Source: Chrysomallon squamiferum (lineage: Eukaryota; Animalia; Mollusca). Taken from it: 64,000 nt of DNA. Below, piece by piece: positions 38,662 through 51,400 of this stretch. Made by a program: the position numbers and the translations under genes. The DNA is taken from NCBI GenBank assembly GCA_012295275.1, contig CM022667.1, positions 21,948,001 to 22,012,000 on the forward strand, written 5' to 3'. Below the pieces are notes generated by a model, which did no database searches, was not told the origin of the DNA, and saw only the letters and a list, made by a program, of their open reading frames with translations. Every line of letters begins with the position of its first letter. The first letter of the stretch is position 1.

Positions 38662-41600
38662 TACAGAATTAATTTCAGTTCTTCTGAAAATAATAATTTA
38701 TATTTAAATTAAATGCAAAGTATTGTACCAGAACTAAGCTACAAAACAAGTACTTTATTAAATTTATTTTCACTATATATATATATATATAATCACAGAA
38801 CTGGAATTCTTAGATGGAAATTGTATTTTTGGAATTATCAATCAAAATGCCAATGTCTTTAAATAAATTACAGATTTATTAATAAAAGATATATCATTGT
38901 TCTGTTTAAGTGATCATCTGAATCATTAAGGCACAACACAACAAAAGAAATTGTAAACACACATTTCCAAAATCTGCTCACTTTGCTTTTGTTTGTCTAA
39001 TTCCCAAGAAGTGTTCACTTATACAGATGCAAGTGTATACACATGATCTTTATATACAGTAACTAATTAAACTTCAACACAATTTTTTCCCACTGAAGAA
39101 AAACACTGAAAGAAAATAAAAGTATAATGGTATAAATTGTATATTAGCCTATTTTCTACCAGTCTACTCACTTTACAATTTCTTTTAACCACTGTTACAA
39201 AAGACAAATTTTTCTTATTTTTAATGATTCCTTTCTTGAATTGGTTTCAAATGTGGATAATATCTAAAATGAAATAATCCATCTGCTGTACATTTCAAGA
39301 AGTTTTAAAAAGGAGAAAACAGATCACACTAATTTTTATGAAAAATAAAATCTCATTGAACTTGTTATAAATATTGTAATGATACAAGATGAAACACTAC
39401 CGTGGATTGTGATGTGAATATTGATGGACTATCTATATGGTTACCTATGGTATACCATCCCCCATTATGGTATACCACTGTGGAACTCAGTTCCAAGCAA
39501 CTTCAAGGAGGCGGAAATAACTACATTCAAAACACTACTACAAATCAATTTCTTTGAAATCCACTTTGTTAATACATAGCTATGTTTTATTGTTCCAATT
39601 TTAAAATATTCAAGCTAATCTGTTATCTAATATAATTTTGAAATGTGAATTTATTTTTACCACCATTTTAACATGTTCACCCTTCTGTTTGATGAGGCTA
39701 ACATCATTTTAATATGTTCATGAGCATGTCTTTTTATATTGTAGTTTATTAGTTTATAGAGTAAAGCACCCTTGACCATACTTTGTTTGGAAAAAGTGCT
39801 ATATAATAATAATAATAATAATAATCATAAAGCACTTTTCATTTTTTGTAGGCTAAGCCTGTATGTATGGTCCATTATATGATAGTATAGAAACTGATGA
39901 AAATAGAGCTGGCATTCATGACTTAAATCATCAAAAGATCTTTGTTAAAGCAGAAGCCATTGTGCTTCAAAGCAGTGGTTACTGAGAAATAATAGGAATG
40001 CCTCTGATCTGAACAACACCACCTTTCTACCAAGTCAACAGATCATGAGGACATAGCAACAAAAGAAGACCAAGCACAGTCTAGACCAAAAAAACAAAAA
40101 CAAAAATTAAATCTATGCTGCCTTGCCAACAAAAAACCAGCATATTTCATTTGAAGACATTTGTGAAACTCTTCAGCTATTCTTGTTATGGTTACACAAG
40201 TCACCAATATGACAATGGTAATCCTAGTTTTGATACTAACTACCATGACATCAAAAGCTTTCAGGTAATTCTTCTGTTATCTAGCTGTATTACTTAGCCT
40301 CATCATCCAGCGTACTGTAAAAGATGAATCAACAATGGATCTGCTTCTCGCTTTATAGATTTTGAATTTTCAAAGATATCAGACATGTCATTACCATGCT
40401 AACAGCAAGTTAAACATTTCGAACCACTTTAACTGTATTTGCCAATTAGTAGGTATTGCGCATACACACTACACAGCTGCCCGCAAAGACTGATCATGCT
40501 GAAAATTGCTGTCTTACCTCAGCTCAGATCAGCTACGCTATTGTTCTAATGGACATGAGTTTGTTCTTAGACTACATTTCAGTTTATTCTGGTGAATAAT
40601 TGCAAATGTTTTCATAAATACTTTTCTTACAATTAAGATAAAAAAAAAAGCAACCTTAAGGAAAAGTCAACATCAAATAGTCGTATGTGGAACCTGGATG
40701 ATCCTCAAGAATCAGATAATTCCCTTGAGAAGTACAAACTGAAATAATTTGCATAGCTTTATAAGCATATTCATGAAACTGCTCTATTAGAATATGATGG
40801 TAAAATGAACCATAATCTGGCTCTGCAGCAGTGCTCAGTTATGTGACACTAACTCCAAGTCAACATACCTATCCATTGTTCTGGTTTGATATAGTTTTGT
40901 AACATCTGTTCATAGTCTAAACAAAATGCTGTTTGAATTATAAAAACTGCATTATAATTTTATTGTATTTTAAAATATTAAGCTCTTTTTATTTTAAAAA
41001 TCATACAAGTACTTTTTACTTCTTGTGAAAATCAACTGAATTATTTCAATAATAATACCATTCATTTTTGTTGAACATCATTCATTACTATTGACATCAT
41101 ATTTAAAATAAGTAGACATAAAGGGGAAGATGGTTTTAACCAAAAATGTATAGGTAGCAACCAATATCGATAACATCATAATTAATTTTATTTTTAGGGA
41201 GAAATTCTATTTCCAGTGTTTTTGTAGACTGTTAAATAGGATGTCCAAAATCAATAGTTTTCAATAGCTGTACAGGTTTGTATTGTGGCCATAAACATTA
41301 TGATATAGTAGTGTAATTTTAGTTAATTAATGATGGTTTCTGATGGTTCTGTGATCTTTTTTCCAAATAAAATAAATTATGTAATATATGATTATTTTTG
41401 TTATCTATAATATATATATATATAAAAAATAAAAAAGAACCCTCTTGTACACAATAACTGCAACATTACAATGTGAAGTATTGTCAACAAATTTACATTC
41501 ACTAAGGCATATGCTGACTTTTAAATAATCAGTTATCAAGCAGGTGATTATAATTTTAAAAAATATATTAAAAAAGTCAATAATAATAATAAAATTTGTT

Positions 41601-42709
41601 TTGGGGTGAATGAACTTTGTTAAACTGCATCATACAACTCATCCTTGCTTACTCTTTTCATAATCAAAATGCTTACTTTGAAAATAAATATAACAAAAAC
41701 TTTTAAAATATTTTTAAATGCATGTATGAAATAATAAAAAATGTTCAGTTTACCCAACAAGTAAGAACAGCAGTTAAATTATATTAATTATGAAATATAT
41801 TACCAAATAATAATAATAATAATAATTTAAACAAACACCAAAGTTTAAATATTTTTAACAATTTTTTTTTTATAATATAAAAATTCAAATATTTCAATAA
41901 TAATATATCTCTATTTGAGTGAAATCTTTATTTAAAATATTACATCACTAACATTTCAAACAATTAACAGATGAGCTGTTACAATCACAGATATTGATAA
42001 TTCTATAATAATTATTTTTAAAATGAAAATAGTTTAACAAATGTTAACTCGTATTATAGAAACACATTAAAATTAGTGACTGATAACATTTTAATAATTA
42101 TGAGTTATAAAATGTAATTTCCACTAACACTTTATAGGTATGCTTCAGCCTGTTCAGGATCATGACATCAGTTGTTCAGTTAATGAATATATAAATGAAA
42201 CATTTGTTTTTATTAATTTTAAAAATATGTGTGAATTTTTTCTGACAAACATGCAGATTTATATAAATAATTACCATTATGATAAGCATTATTCTGAAAC
42301 TAATGTAAGTTACTATGTAACTATGTTACATTAACATTGTTAATATTCCTGAATAACCAGTGCTGCGAACAGTGCCAAAAAAGGCATTTTTATCTTATAA
42401 CACAAGGTCAACATCATCAATCAATGCCATCTCTGCGCTGCCAAAAGTTCAGCATATATGGTGCACAATAAGAATATCATTCACTGCAACTGCAGTTTCG
42501 TCGGCAACGCGCAACATGTCGTTCTATGCCAGGTTTTCCGATTCTTAGAAAACAAAGAACATCGCCAGACAGTAGAGCTTCTTTCATGCTCTGTTTAAAA
42601 CAATTGCATAAATAAGACATCGAGATAAGAGATACGCTTTCGACGAAGCACATAGTTGTGCGTCACCAAAAGCTCTTAGATTCACCAAGCAGACGCCTAT
42701 AGATCGGAA

Positions 42710-42717
42710 GCCATCTT
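42710..42717 (-). promoter_or_regulatory. Candidate YY1 motif near zinc-finger gene 5' end
   Basis: AAGATGGC on the minus strand, in the CpG-richer region just downstream of the putative first exon. Confidence 0.25.
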
Positions 42718-42777
42718 ACTCTGGAAAGCAGTTGCCCATACACAAAGTTATTGTACTATAAAAACAGTAAAACTTAC

Positions 42778-42960
42778 CTATCTCAATATAACTTTGAACA
42801 TAAGATGTGAAAGCTTTATCTGATTGACTGCTAACAAACAGATCATTGCAGATCTGTATTTTATACACTTTAATTAAAGACTAAAAGAGGAAGATCCCAC
42901 AGCCATTGAACCATTGCTGTGCAAGTGTTTTCAGAAAGGACAATGTACTACATTCACTTC
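42778..42960 (-). other. Probable non-coding first exon of the zinc-finger gene (5' boundary approximate)
   Basis: Strong donor TAG|GTAAGT at 42778/42777 on the minus strand, in a locally CpG-richer region. A matching acceptor TTTTCAG lies at 38684, 22 nt before the ATG. An in-frame TGA in this exon makes it UTR. Confidence 0.45.
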
Positions 42961-44297
42961 GGATATTTCCGTAATAGGTCAGGGGCTGTCGGTTAAAGCC
43001 GAATCAACCAAGAACAGGCGTTGGGAATCGCCGTACATGATGATGTTCACTACAGTAGATTAAAATTTTAATATGATACTTTATTTAGAAAGTATAGTTA
43101 TTAAAGACGCTATATCTTTTCGGTGCCACAGTTGTTACATTTGTATATGATATAATTTTCCTTTTTGAGACTGTTAAAAAGCTATGCAATCATGAAATAT
43201 AACCATTACATTAGCATGATGCGATATATAGCTGACTAAAAAAATAGTAACAAAGACAAGAAAAAGTATAGTGTCATTTGAAATGCTCAGTGCGAGGATA
43301 AATTATGTATTTGTAACAAAAGGAACGTGGCAGCCCGGACTATTGGCGGTTTATTAATTGTTCCTACCCTAAATAATTGTTGTTGTAAGAATAAGTAGAC
43401 GTCACGAAAAAAAAAAAAAAAAAAAAAATAGAATAAGAAAATCATTCTCCTTCAAACTTCCCCACACTGAGTGTGTACGTAACTTTTTGTTATTACTAAA
43501 CACTATTTGTAACTATTAATCTTTCACTTTATGGAGAATTTCAACAAAATGTTTTAAGTGAGAAAACAATATCTGTCAGTGATACATTATACACTCTCTT
43601 TTTAAAGTAAATTCCGTAACGCTATTTAATTTTGACAGTCCCTTTATCTTTATTTACATTGCATGGATAATGAGCCCTTCAATATACTATTATCAAGGTA
43701 TTGATTAACTAGTTTCTTGGGTACACTAAGCGTTGCATTTCTAAAATTTAATACTGTAGTGATATAATTATGTACAGTCATATTACTGACACCCTATAGC
43801 AATATATTTCATGGTTTCTTTTCTTTTCTTTTCTTTCCTTCGTTTAAAAAAAAAAAAAAAAAAAAAAACTTCTGTCTTAGTCAAGCTTGTATGTGTATAC
43901 CTATAAAAAATCTAATTAGAAAAATAATATATCATTTGAAATTTTCATCAATTATTAGCTGTTAAAGAATTTAAATGTTACACTAGCAATTATATTATAT
44001 TATATTAAAAAAGATAAAATAATAAAAAATACATATAATAATAATTATAGCTAATATAATATTGTTATTATTTAAAACGTAAAAGAGATCATAGATTTTA
44101 ATTTTAATATTCGTTTTTAATTTACCTTTCCGAAATGAAACAAAACACTAAAACAATAAAGAAAAAAAAAATAAAGAAAAAAAAAAATAATAAGATAATA
44201 AAATAAAATATAAAAATAGTTATAATATAATACAGATAGATAGATAGCTGATAAAGCAATTTATAATTATATTATATGAAATATGCAAATTAATAAG

Positions 44298-44300
<3 letters not shown>

Positions 44301-44387
<87 letters not shown>
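44301..44387. repeat. Compound (GT)n-(GA)n microsatellite upstream of SS18
   Basis: Direct reading. Confidence 0.95.
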
Positions 44388-44390
<3 letters not shown>

Positions 44391-44754
44391 TATAAAATAA
44401 AAAATAATATACATTTCTTACTTTTTCCACTAGAGCGTACGTTTTATTTCGAGTGAAGATCCTTTTTTCTTCTTTTTCTTTATTCCCCGTTTTTAAAACA
44501 AATTCACATTTTTAAAAATTTCTTATCTATGTTAGATTAAATATTAAAAATTTGTTTGATGTTTGATTTAATGTAGGTTTTTCTTTGGTTGTTATTTTTT
44601 TTTTAAATTCCATTTTAGTAAACCTGTTCTGAAATTGTTTTTATTCACCAAATTTTAGCGAATCAGAGACTGCCAAGAAAATTTACGCGGAAAAGAGTTA
44701 TCATTTGTACATTCGTGCTGTTTACGTTCGAAATCATTGTATGTCGTGTACATT

Positions 44755-47700
44755 ATGTCTGTAGCGTTTGTACCACCACAACAGAAGCAGAAAGGACCGC
44801 CACCAAACCATGCTACTATTCAAAAGGTAACCGTTTAATGTATGGACAGAAAAATCATGTATAAAAATTACACATACGCACATTAGAGTTCATGTTTTTT
44901 TTTTTTTTTTAAGGTACCTTGAAATGGAGGCCTTTTTGAGGTGTTGACCAAATTAATATATTGTAACCAATTTGTTTTCTATAGGTTATTTTCATCTGTA
45001 TTTTTTTATTTTTTATTATTGTGATTAGAGAAAAGAATTAAATATATATATTTATATATAATAATAATAATAAATAATTAATAAGAAAATAACATAAAAA
45101 CTCTCCATTTGTAAAGCACATTTATAAACATTTGTTAAAACTTAAATTTTAAAATGAACTGTTCCCTTTTTTCTAAATTGTTTTCAGATGCTGGATGAAA
45201 ATAATCAGCTAATTCAAACAATAATGGACTATCAAAGCAAGGGAAAAGCACAGGAGTGTATGCAGTAAGGAAACTTAATATTTTACTGCAGTATTATAAA
45301 TAATAAGTTCTGTACATAGTCACAGTGTGATATGCACATGTTACAGATAAACAGCAGAATGAACCAACATCACAGAATAAGGCCAAAAATAATACATTAT
45401 TGACCAGTTATAAGATAACTCTTAGATAACAATCAAATAACCACAAAACAGCTAAATATTTATAGGATATATAATTGGGTTATTGCTGATTTTCAGTATA
45501 AAAACTAGCAGCTTAAAATAATTTTGTTTAGTACTTGACTAATTTTATAAAAATTATGCTTAAGAAATTACTTATGCAAAACTTTTTTATGGATTGATAC
45601 TTAATTATTTTAACATATTTTAATAAAACTTTTTCCTTGCCTTTTTAATAAATTTATTTTATAAAGATATCAGCAACTTCTTCACAGAAATTTGGTGTAT
45701 CTGGCAACAGTAGCTGATGCCAACCAGAATGTACATGCTTTACTGCCGGTAAGTTTAAATCTGTCCTGTTTTACTGCTTTTGTGTTGAAAAGTTTTTGGA
45801 AATTAAATTACATTCTTTCTAGATAAATGCACTAAAATAGTTATATTATAGTATTTGAAAATAGATTTTATCATCTATAATTTTGTATGCAGAAGTATAG
45901 CCTTTGATTAAAGCATAACATAGATGCAAGTCATTACAATTTTTGCATTATGATTACAATATTTACCCCATTTTACATCAACACAGTTAAAACTATGAAT
46001 ATGAATAATTGCACTCTGCCATCACTAAAACAATGCACTAACGCTAATTCTCAAGCTGTAATATGAATTATTCAGGATGTAAGAGGAATACAATTTCTAA
46101 GTGTACCAAAGGACAAACTGACAGCCAACAAAATTTCTTTTAAGGGCAATCTTGTGGAATTTCTAATTTTTGTAGAACATGACCTAAAATGGGAATTTCA
46201 TATCTAGTGCAGCATATGGACTGCAAAAAATACACTTATCCATTTATTTGAATATCATGAATACAGAAATGTTGAAACTTTTTACTTCTCTTCTGAGGCC
46301 AATTTTGGCATGTTACTTCTACTGTTTAATGACCATGCAGGCCCCAGGACAGACAAGCCAGACTCAAGGAGGGATGCCTGCACCTCAGATGAATCAGATG
46401 AGGCCATCAGGGAATATGCCAAATCAGATGGCACCTGGTATGATTAATCCCATTTCTGTTCAATAAATGATTGTTCATATATATTTTTATTAACTGTCTA
46501 TTGTTGAAAATCCTTTTTTTTTTTTCTTTTTTTTTCAGCAAATGATAAATAACAATACATTTTTGTTTTTGTGAATTGTAGTTTTTATTCAGGTTAAATG
46601 AATGCATAATGATACTCTAAGCATAATGTAAATAATAAAATTAAACTTAGGATGTGTTAATTGATTAAGACAGTATTATTAATATTAAATCATTTTGCTA
46701 TACTTTTACTAACATTTTTTTTTTTTTCTTTTGACATAAAAGAAATATGAGAACATTTTCTTTTAATCATTTTGAAGGTGTACCAATGCAGCAAGCATCT
46801 GGTGGGATGGTATCCACTCCAGGACCTAATCCAAACATCAATCCAGCAACTAGTCAAGTTGGTTACAGTCAGCAACAGAGTGGTTTTCCACGACCCATAG
46901 GTCAGCAAACACCCCAGAGTCAGTCAGGTAATTTAGTTATTGCATTATCTAAAGGTTCAGAAAATCAAACAACAAAATATTTTTTTTTTTTTTTAATGTT
47001 TATACCAGTGCACTTCATCAATATTGTTGTTTTATTTTTCCTCATAAAAAGAAGAATGGATTTTGAAAAAGTAAAGAAATAAATTAAGACATTAAATATT
47101 AGGAGGCTGCAAATCCTGATTGATAGAGTAATTCTCTATAAGAATTCTTTGGAGTTTCTTTTTCAGCAAAGTTAAATCGATTTACATCATTAATAAGTGA
47201 TTTTATTTAAGTGTAGAATATTTTTAAAAAATAAATAAATAAAATTGTTTCTGAATCTTAAACATTTCATATAAAGGCCCAGCTATGAATCAGCCAGGCA
47301 GTATGAGTAGCCAGTCATATAACATGTCACAACAGCAGTCTGGATATCCTGGTGGACAACAGACCATGATGTCACAGCCTCAGGTCATGATGTCCCAAAC
47401 ATCAAGTAGTCAGATGATGCCTGGGCAAGGATCTGGTCCAAGACAGATGCCCCCAACGTATCGCAGACCACCTCCAGGTAGGCTTGTTATTGCTGATACA
47501 AGGTTTACATAAAATTTTCAGAGTTCCACAGTGCATTTGTTTTTGTTATTTTTATCTTTTATGAAAAGACTTTGAAATTTTTCTAAAGATTTTAAAGAAA
47601 TCCTTGTTTTAAAATTATTTTTCATAATTTGGATAAATATTTTGAGCCCATGAATTTTCCTTATAATAATAAGTATTTTTAGAAGAGAGAAATGTACAGG

Positions 47701-48476
47701 TACATTCCAAAAAATAAAAATATATATATCATTATAAACCAGAACTTTTGCTGAACAGTGATAACAAATTATACGGTATTTCAGATCAGCAACCATATAA
47801 TCAGCAGCAGCAGGCTTATCCTGGGCAGCAACAGTTTCCTGGTCAGAGTTATTCCCAGCCTCAGAACCAGCCTGGCTTTCCACAGCAACAACCAGGCTAT
47901 TCCCAAGCACAAAGCATGCCTCCAGGCCAGTACAACAGCTACCAGGGTCAAGGGCAACCACCACCACAGAGATATGCATCATTCAGTCGGCCTCAAGTGT
48001 CCATGCCACAAGGTGGACCAATAGTCAGTCAGATGCCTGGTCAAATGCAAGGTCAGATGGCAAGTCCAATGCCAACATCTCCTCAAGCTGGAATCAGTGG
48101 ACAAATGGCTACATCAGCCCAGGGTGGTTTGTCAAATCAAGGACAGTCTGGGATGGGTGGACAGTTAACAAATCCTGGGCAGTCAGGAATGACTGGTCAG
48201 ATTTCAAATACAGGTCAAGGAGGGATGGGTGGTCAGATATCTAATGCAGGTACAGGTGGAATGGGAGGACCAATGTCTAATCTGCCTGGTCAGGTGGGTA
48301 TGAGTGGACAGATGTCTAGTCCTGGACAAGGAGGTGGTCAGTCTCAAGTAATGGGTGGACAAATGATGTCATCAGGACAAGGGATTGGTGGACAGATGAT
48401 GCACATGCAGTCTGGTCAGATGGGGGGAGCAATGAATCAACCTAATAGTTATGGATATAATCAAGGACAGTTTTGA
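44755..48476 (+). CDS. SS18: SS18/SS18L1 (SYT/CREST) homolog, BAF complex subunit with SNH domain and QPGY/M-rich low-complexity region, ~456 aa
   Basis: Exons: 44755-44826, 45188-45264, 45667-45748, 46341-46437, 46778-46927, 47277-47477, 47785-48476. SNH domain MSVAF...IQK|MLDENNQLIQTIMDYQSKGKAQECMQ|YQQLLHRNLVYLATVADANQN, followed by a Q/P/G/Y/M-rich tail ending YGYNQGQF. Confidence 0.93.
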
Positions 48477-51400
48477 AAACGAATCTCAAACTAAACTGAC
48501 ACTTGACTTGAAATAGTTTTGCTTTTTGTGACAATGACTTAATGAAGTATTTGTTTGAAAATAAGAGTACTTTTTCTGTTTAATTTTAGGGATGGAAACT
48601 GATTTTAGCCAGAGAAGTTTTTGAATTTTAGTATTTTATGGAGTTGACTGCTGCTGCAGATTTATAATCAAAAAGAAGAAATTATGAATATTTAAAATGC
48701 TGTTGTTAATGCTCTGTAATCATGAAACAATATGTTAAAATCATTATCAGGTCTATAATGTTTTTGACTAAATTATATTTTTAAGCTTTACTGAAAATTA
48801 TTATTATTATTATATGTCTTTTTTTATTATTAGTAGTATTATTGTTTTTAAATCTGTAAATAGCATTTCAAACTACTTTCGCCATTACTGAGAATGATAT
48901 AGATTTGGCAAGCACATACTTGAAATTTATATCTATAATATATCAATTATGTTAGAGGAAGTTTTACATTTATTTCTGTTAACTGTTTTGAGATGTATTT
49001 ATACCATAAACATATTATTTTAGGTACAACTTTATTTGGACATGCATATATTCTGCCCAAGTTTATCTTATTGTTTGTCTTTGTAACTAATTTTTTGATA
49101 ACCAATGTATGTTAAAATAGTTGAAATTTTGATCTTGCCAATATATATTTAATACTGCAAAATAGTTAGTCTGTGTGCCTACAGATTTTTTTACATGTTA
49201 CTTAGTATTTAAACAATTTTACTATAAAATATTATTAAACACATTATAGCTGTATGCATGTGCTTACAGTTTTTATGATACATTAAATATGTAGGTACAT
49301 GCATACAAACAGAAATAAAATTGAATATAACTGAGGTTTCCATAATTGCATGTAATGAGTTAACAATAAAAGCGCATATTTAAACAAATGTAATTCTGCT
49401 GATGACAACATATTTAATCTTTTATGCATAAAATTCATAAAACATAAAACTTTGAAGGCATTTCATAATTCAAATGAAACCTGTATTTCAATGTTTGAAA
49501 CTACCGAATCTTGAATTGATATGAGTTTTAGTCTGGAATGAGGCATCCTATTTTATCTTGTAATCATCACTGTAGAAAAGTTATTTGACTGTTAATAAAA
49601 TGTATTTTGTGGCAGTGTTAAATGGTTTTCAGACATTGCTTCAATTCTCAGAACAGACCCATCCATTTCTAATGTTTGTGTATTTAATTCATTTAGTTGT
49701 TATGCTTTTTATGTTGACATCTTCCTGATGCTGCTTATAATTGTTTGGATTGAAAATGTCTATGTTTAGTTATTAAAGAAAAATAAATTTGTCAGACAAT
49801 CACTATAATTGTTTCACTGCCATCAAACTGTCATAAACGTTGACAAATTTTCTTGTTAAAGGGAACTATGATTATTATTATTAAATTTTTTGATTGGATA
49901 GGTAATCATTTTTATTTTAAATGTATATTATTGTGAATAATTTTTGGTGATAAATATGTAATTTTTTTAAGTTTTGTACAGTTTATATTTTAATCCAGAA
50001 GTCATTTCTGTTTTCCATTTCGGTGATTAACTATGTTTTTAATGTGTAATTGTTACCTGTTTCACAGTAAAGGTTAAGCCATATATCATAATTCAGCTCA
50101 GTACTTGCATTTTTCTATTCTATATTTTCTTTGACAGTTTCTAAATTCTGTTATTTCCATTTTCAAACAAATGGCATAATCTTCCTTATTTTTCTCCTTT
50201 TTTTTCTAGGGTTCATGTTATTGTTATTAAACATAGTAGTAGTGATTTTGTTTATTTATTTATTTACTTTTATTATTATTATTATTGGGGGGTTTTTTGT
50301 TGCTTTTTTAGTTTATTGTTATCCTATTAAGAGCATTTTGCTATTTGTATTACAGTAATTCTGCTTGTTGAAATAACTTTAATTCTGATTTTTTTTCTTT
50401 GCATAATCAAAACATTTTTTTTAAACCTTTAAGAAACCTTTCATTTTGAATATTTGATAGTTTGGTTTATGGTACAATATTATGACATTTTTATAAAACT
50501 GAATATTTTCTGTTAGTATTACCAGAAATGATTTTTCCCATTTTATGTTGATGAAAAGATCTGTTTGGAAAGTTGTATATGAATAATATTTTGAGGTTGT
50601 CTAATGGAGATTTTAAAAATAATACCCCAAATATGTTACATGTTAGGCATACTAAAGTATGTTTAATATCACCTAGAGATGGGCATTGAATTGCATAGTT
50701 TATTGTCAGTATAAATAATGTGCAGAAAATATTATTTTGGTGCTTACAGTGATCTCCAAAACCTCTTGAGTAATTTTCAATTCTAAATAGACACTAAGCT
50801 GAATTTGCATGATCATATATATATATATATATATAAATTGAGTTTTGCAGAGTATTATTTATTTTTATTTATTTTTTAATTTTAATTCTTAACATTAGTT
50901 TAATATTTTAATAATGTTTATTAATTAATTAAGGTTAATTTATTTATTGTTTGTTATGAAATTTAATTATATATCAGAATCACAGTTGAATCAAATGAGA
51001 AAATTAATAAAAATATTTTTAAATATAATTCCTTTTTAATCTTAACTGTCATAACATAAGCACAATAACAACAACATGATAATAAACAACTTTTAAAATC
51101 TTTTCGTAGCCATGACATTAACATAAAAAAATATTAATGTTATAATATTGAAAAGTGTTGACTAATTTTATTAAAAAATTGCAAAGGCCATACTTAAATT
51201 TAATTTTTAATCAATAATACGGTATAACAGGTTTGATTTTTTGTTTTTTAAAAAAGAAATGAAATAAAATTCTTTTTAATCAAGTTCACATAAAATAGCA
51301 TGCTAATTTTCAGATGCACTACATCATTCCAGCTTCAGACTGATCAAATGTAAATATGTAAATATCAACAAATTAAACATCATTTCACACTGAAACAGGT

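Noticed and set aside
39400-40900. Possible extra exons or TE remnant in zinc-finger intron 1 (donor-like site at 40517)
   Set aside because: No coherent reading frame or recognisable protein motif.
47518-47982. 154-aa antisense ORF over SS18
   Set aside because: Shadow of CAG-rich coding sequence that runs into an intron.
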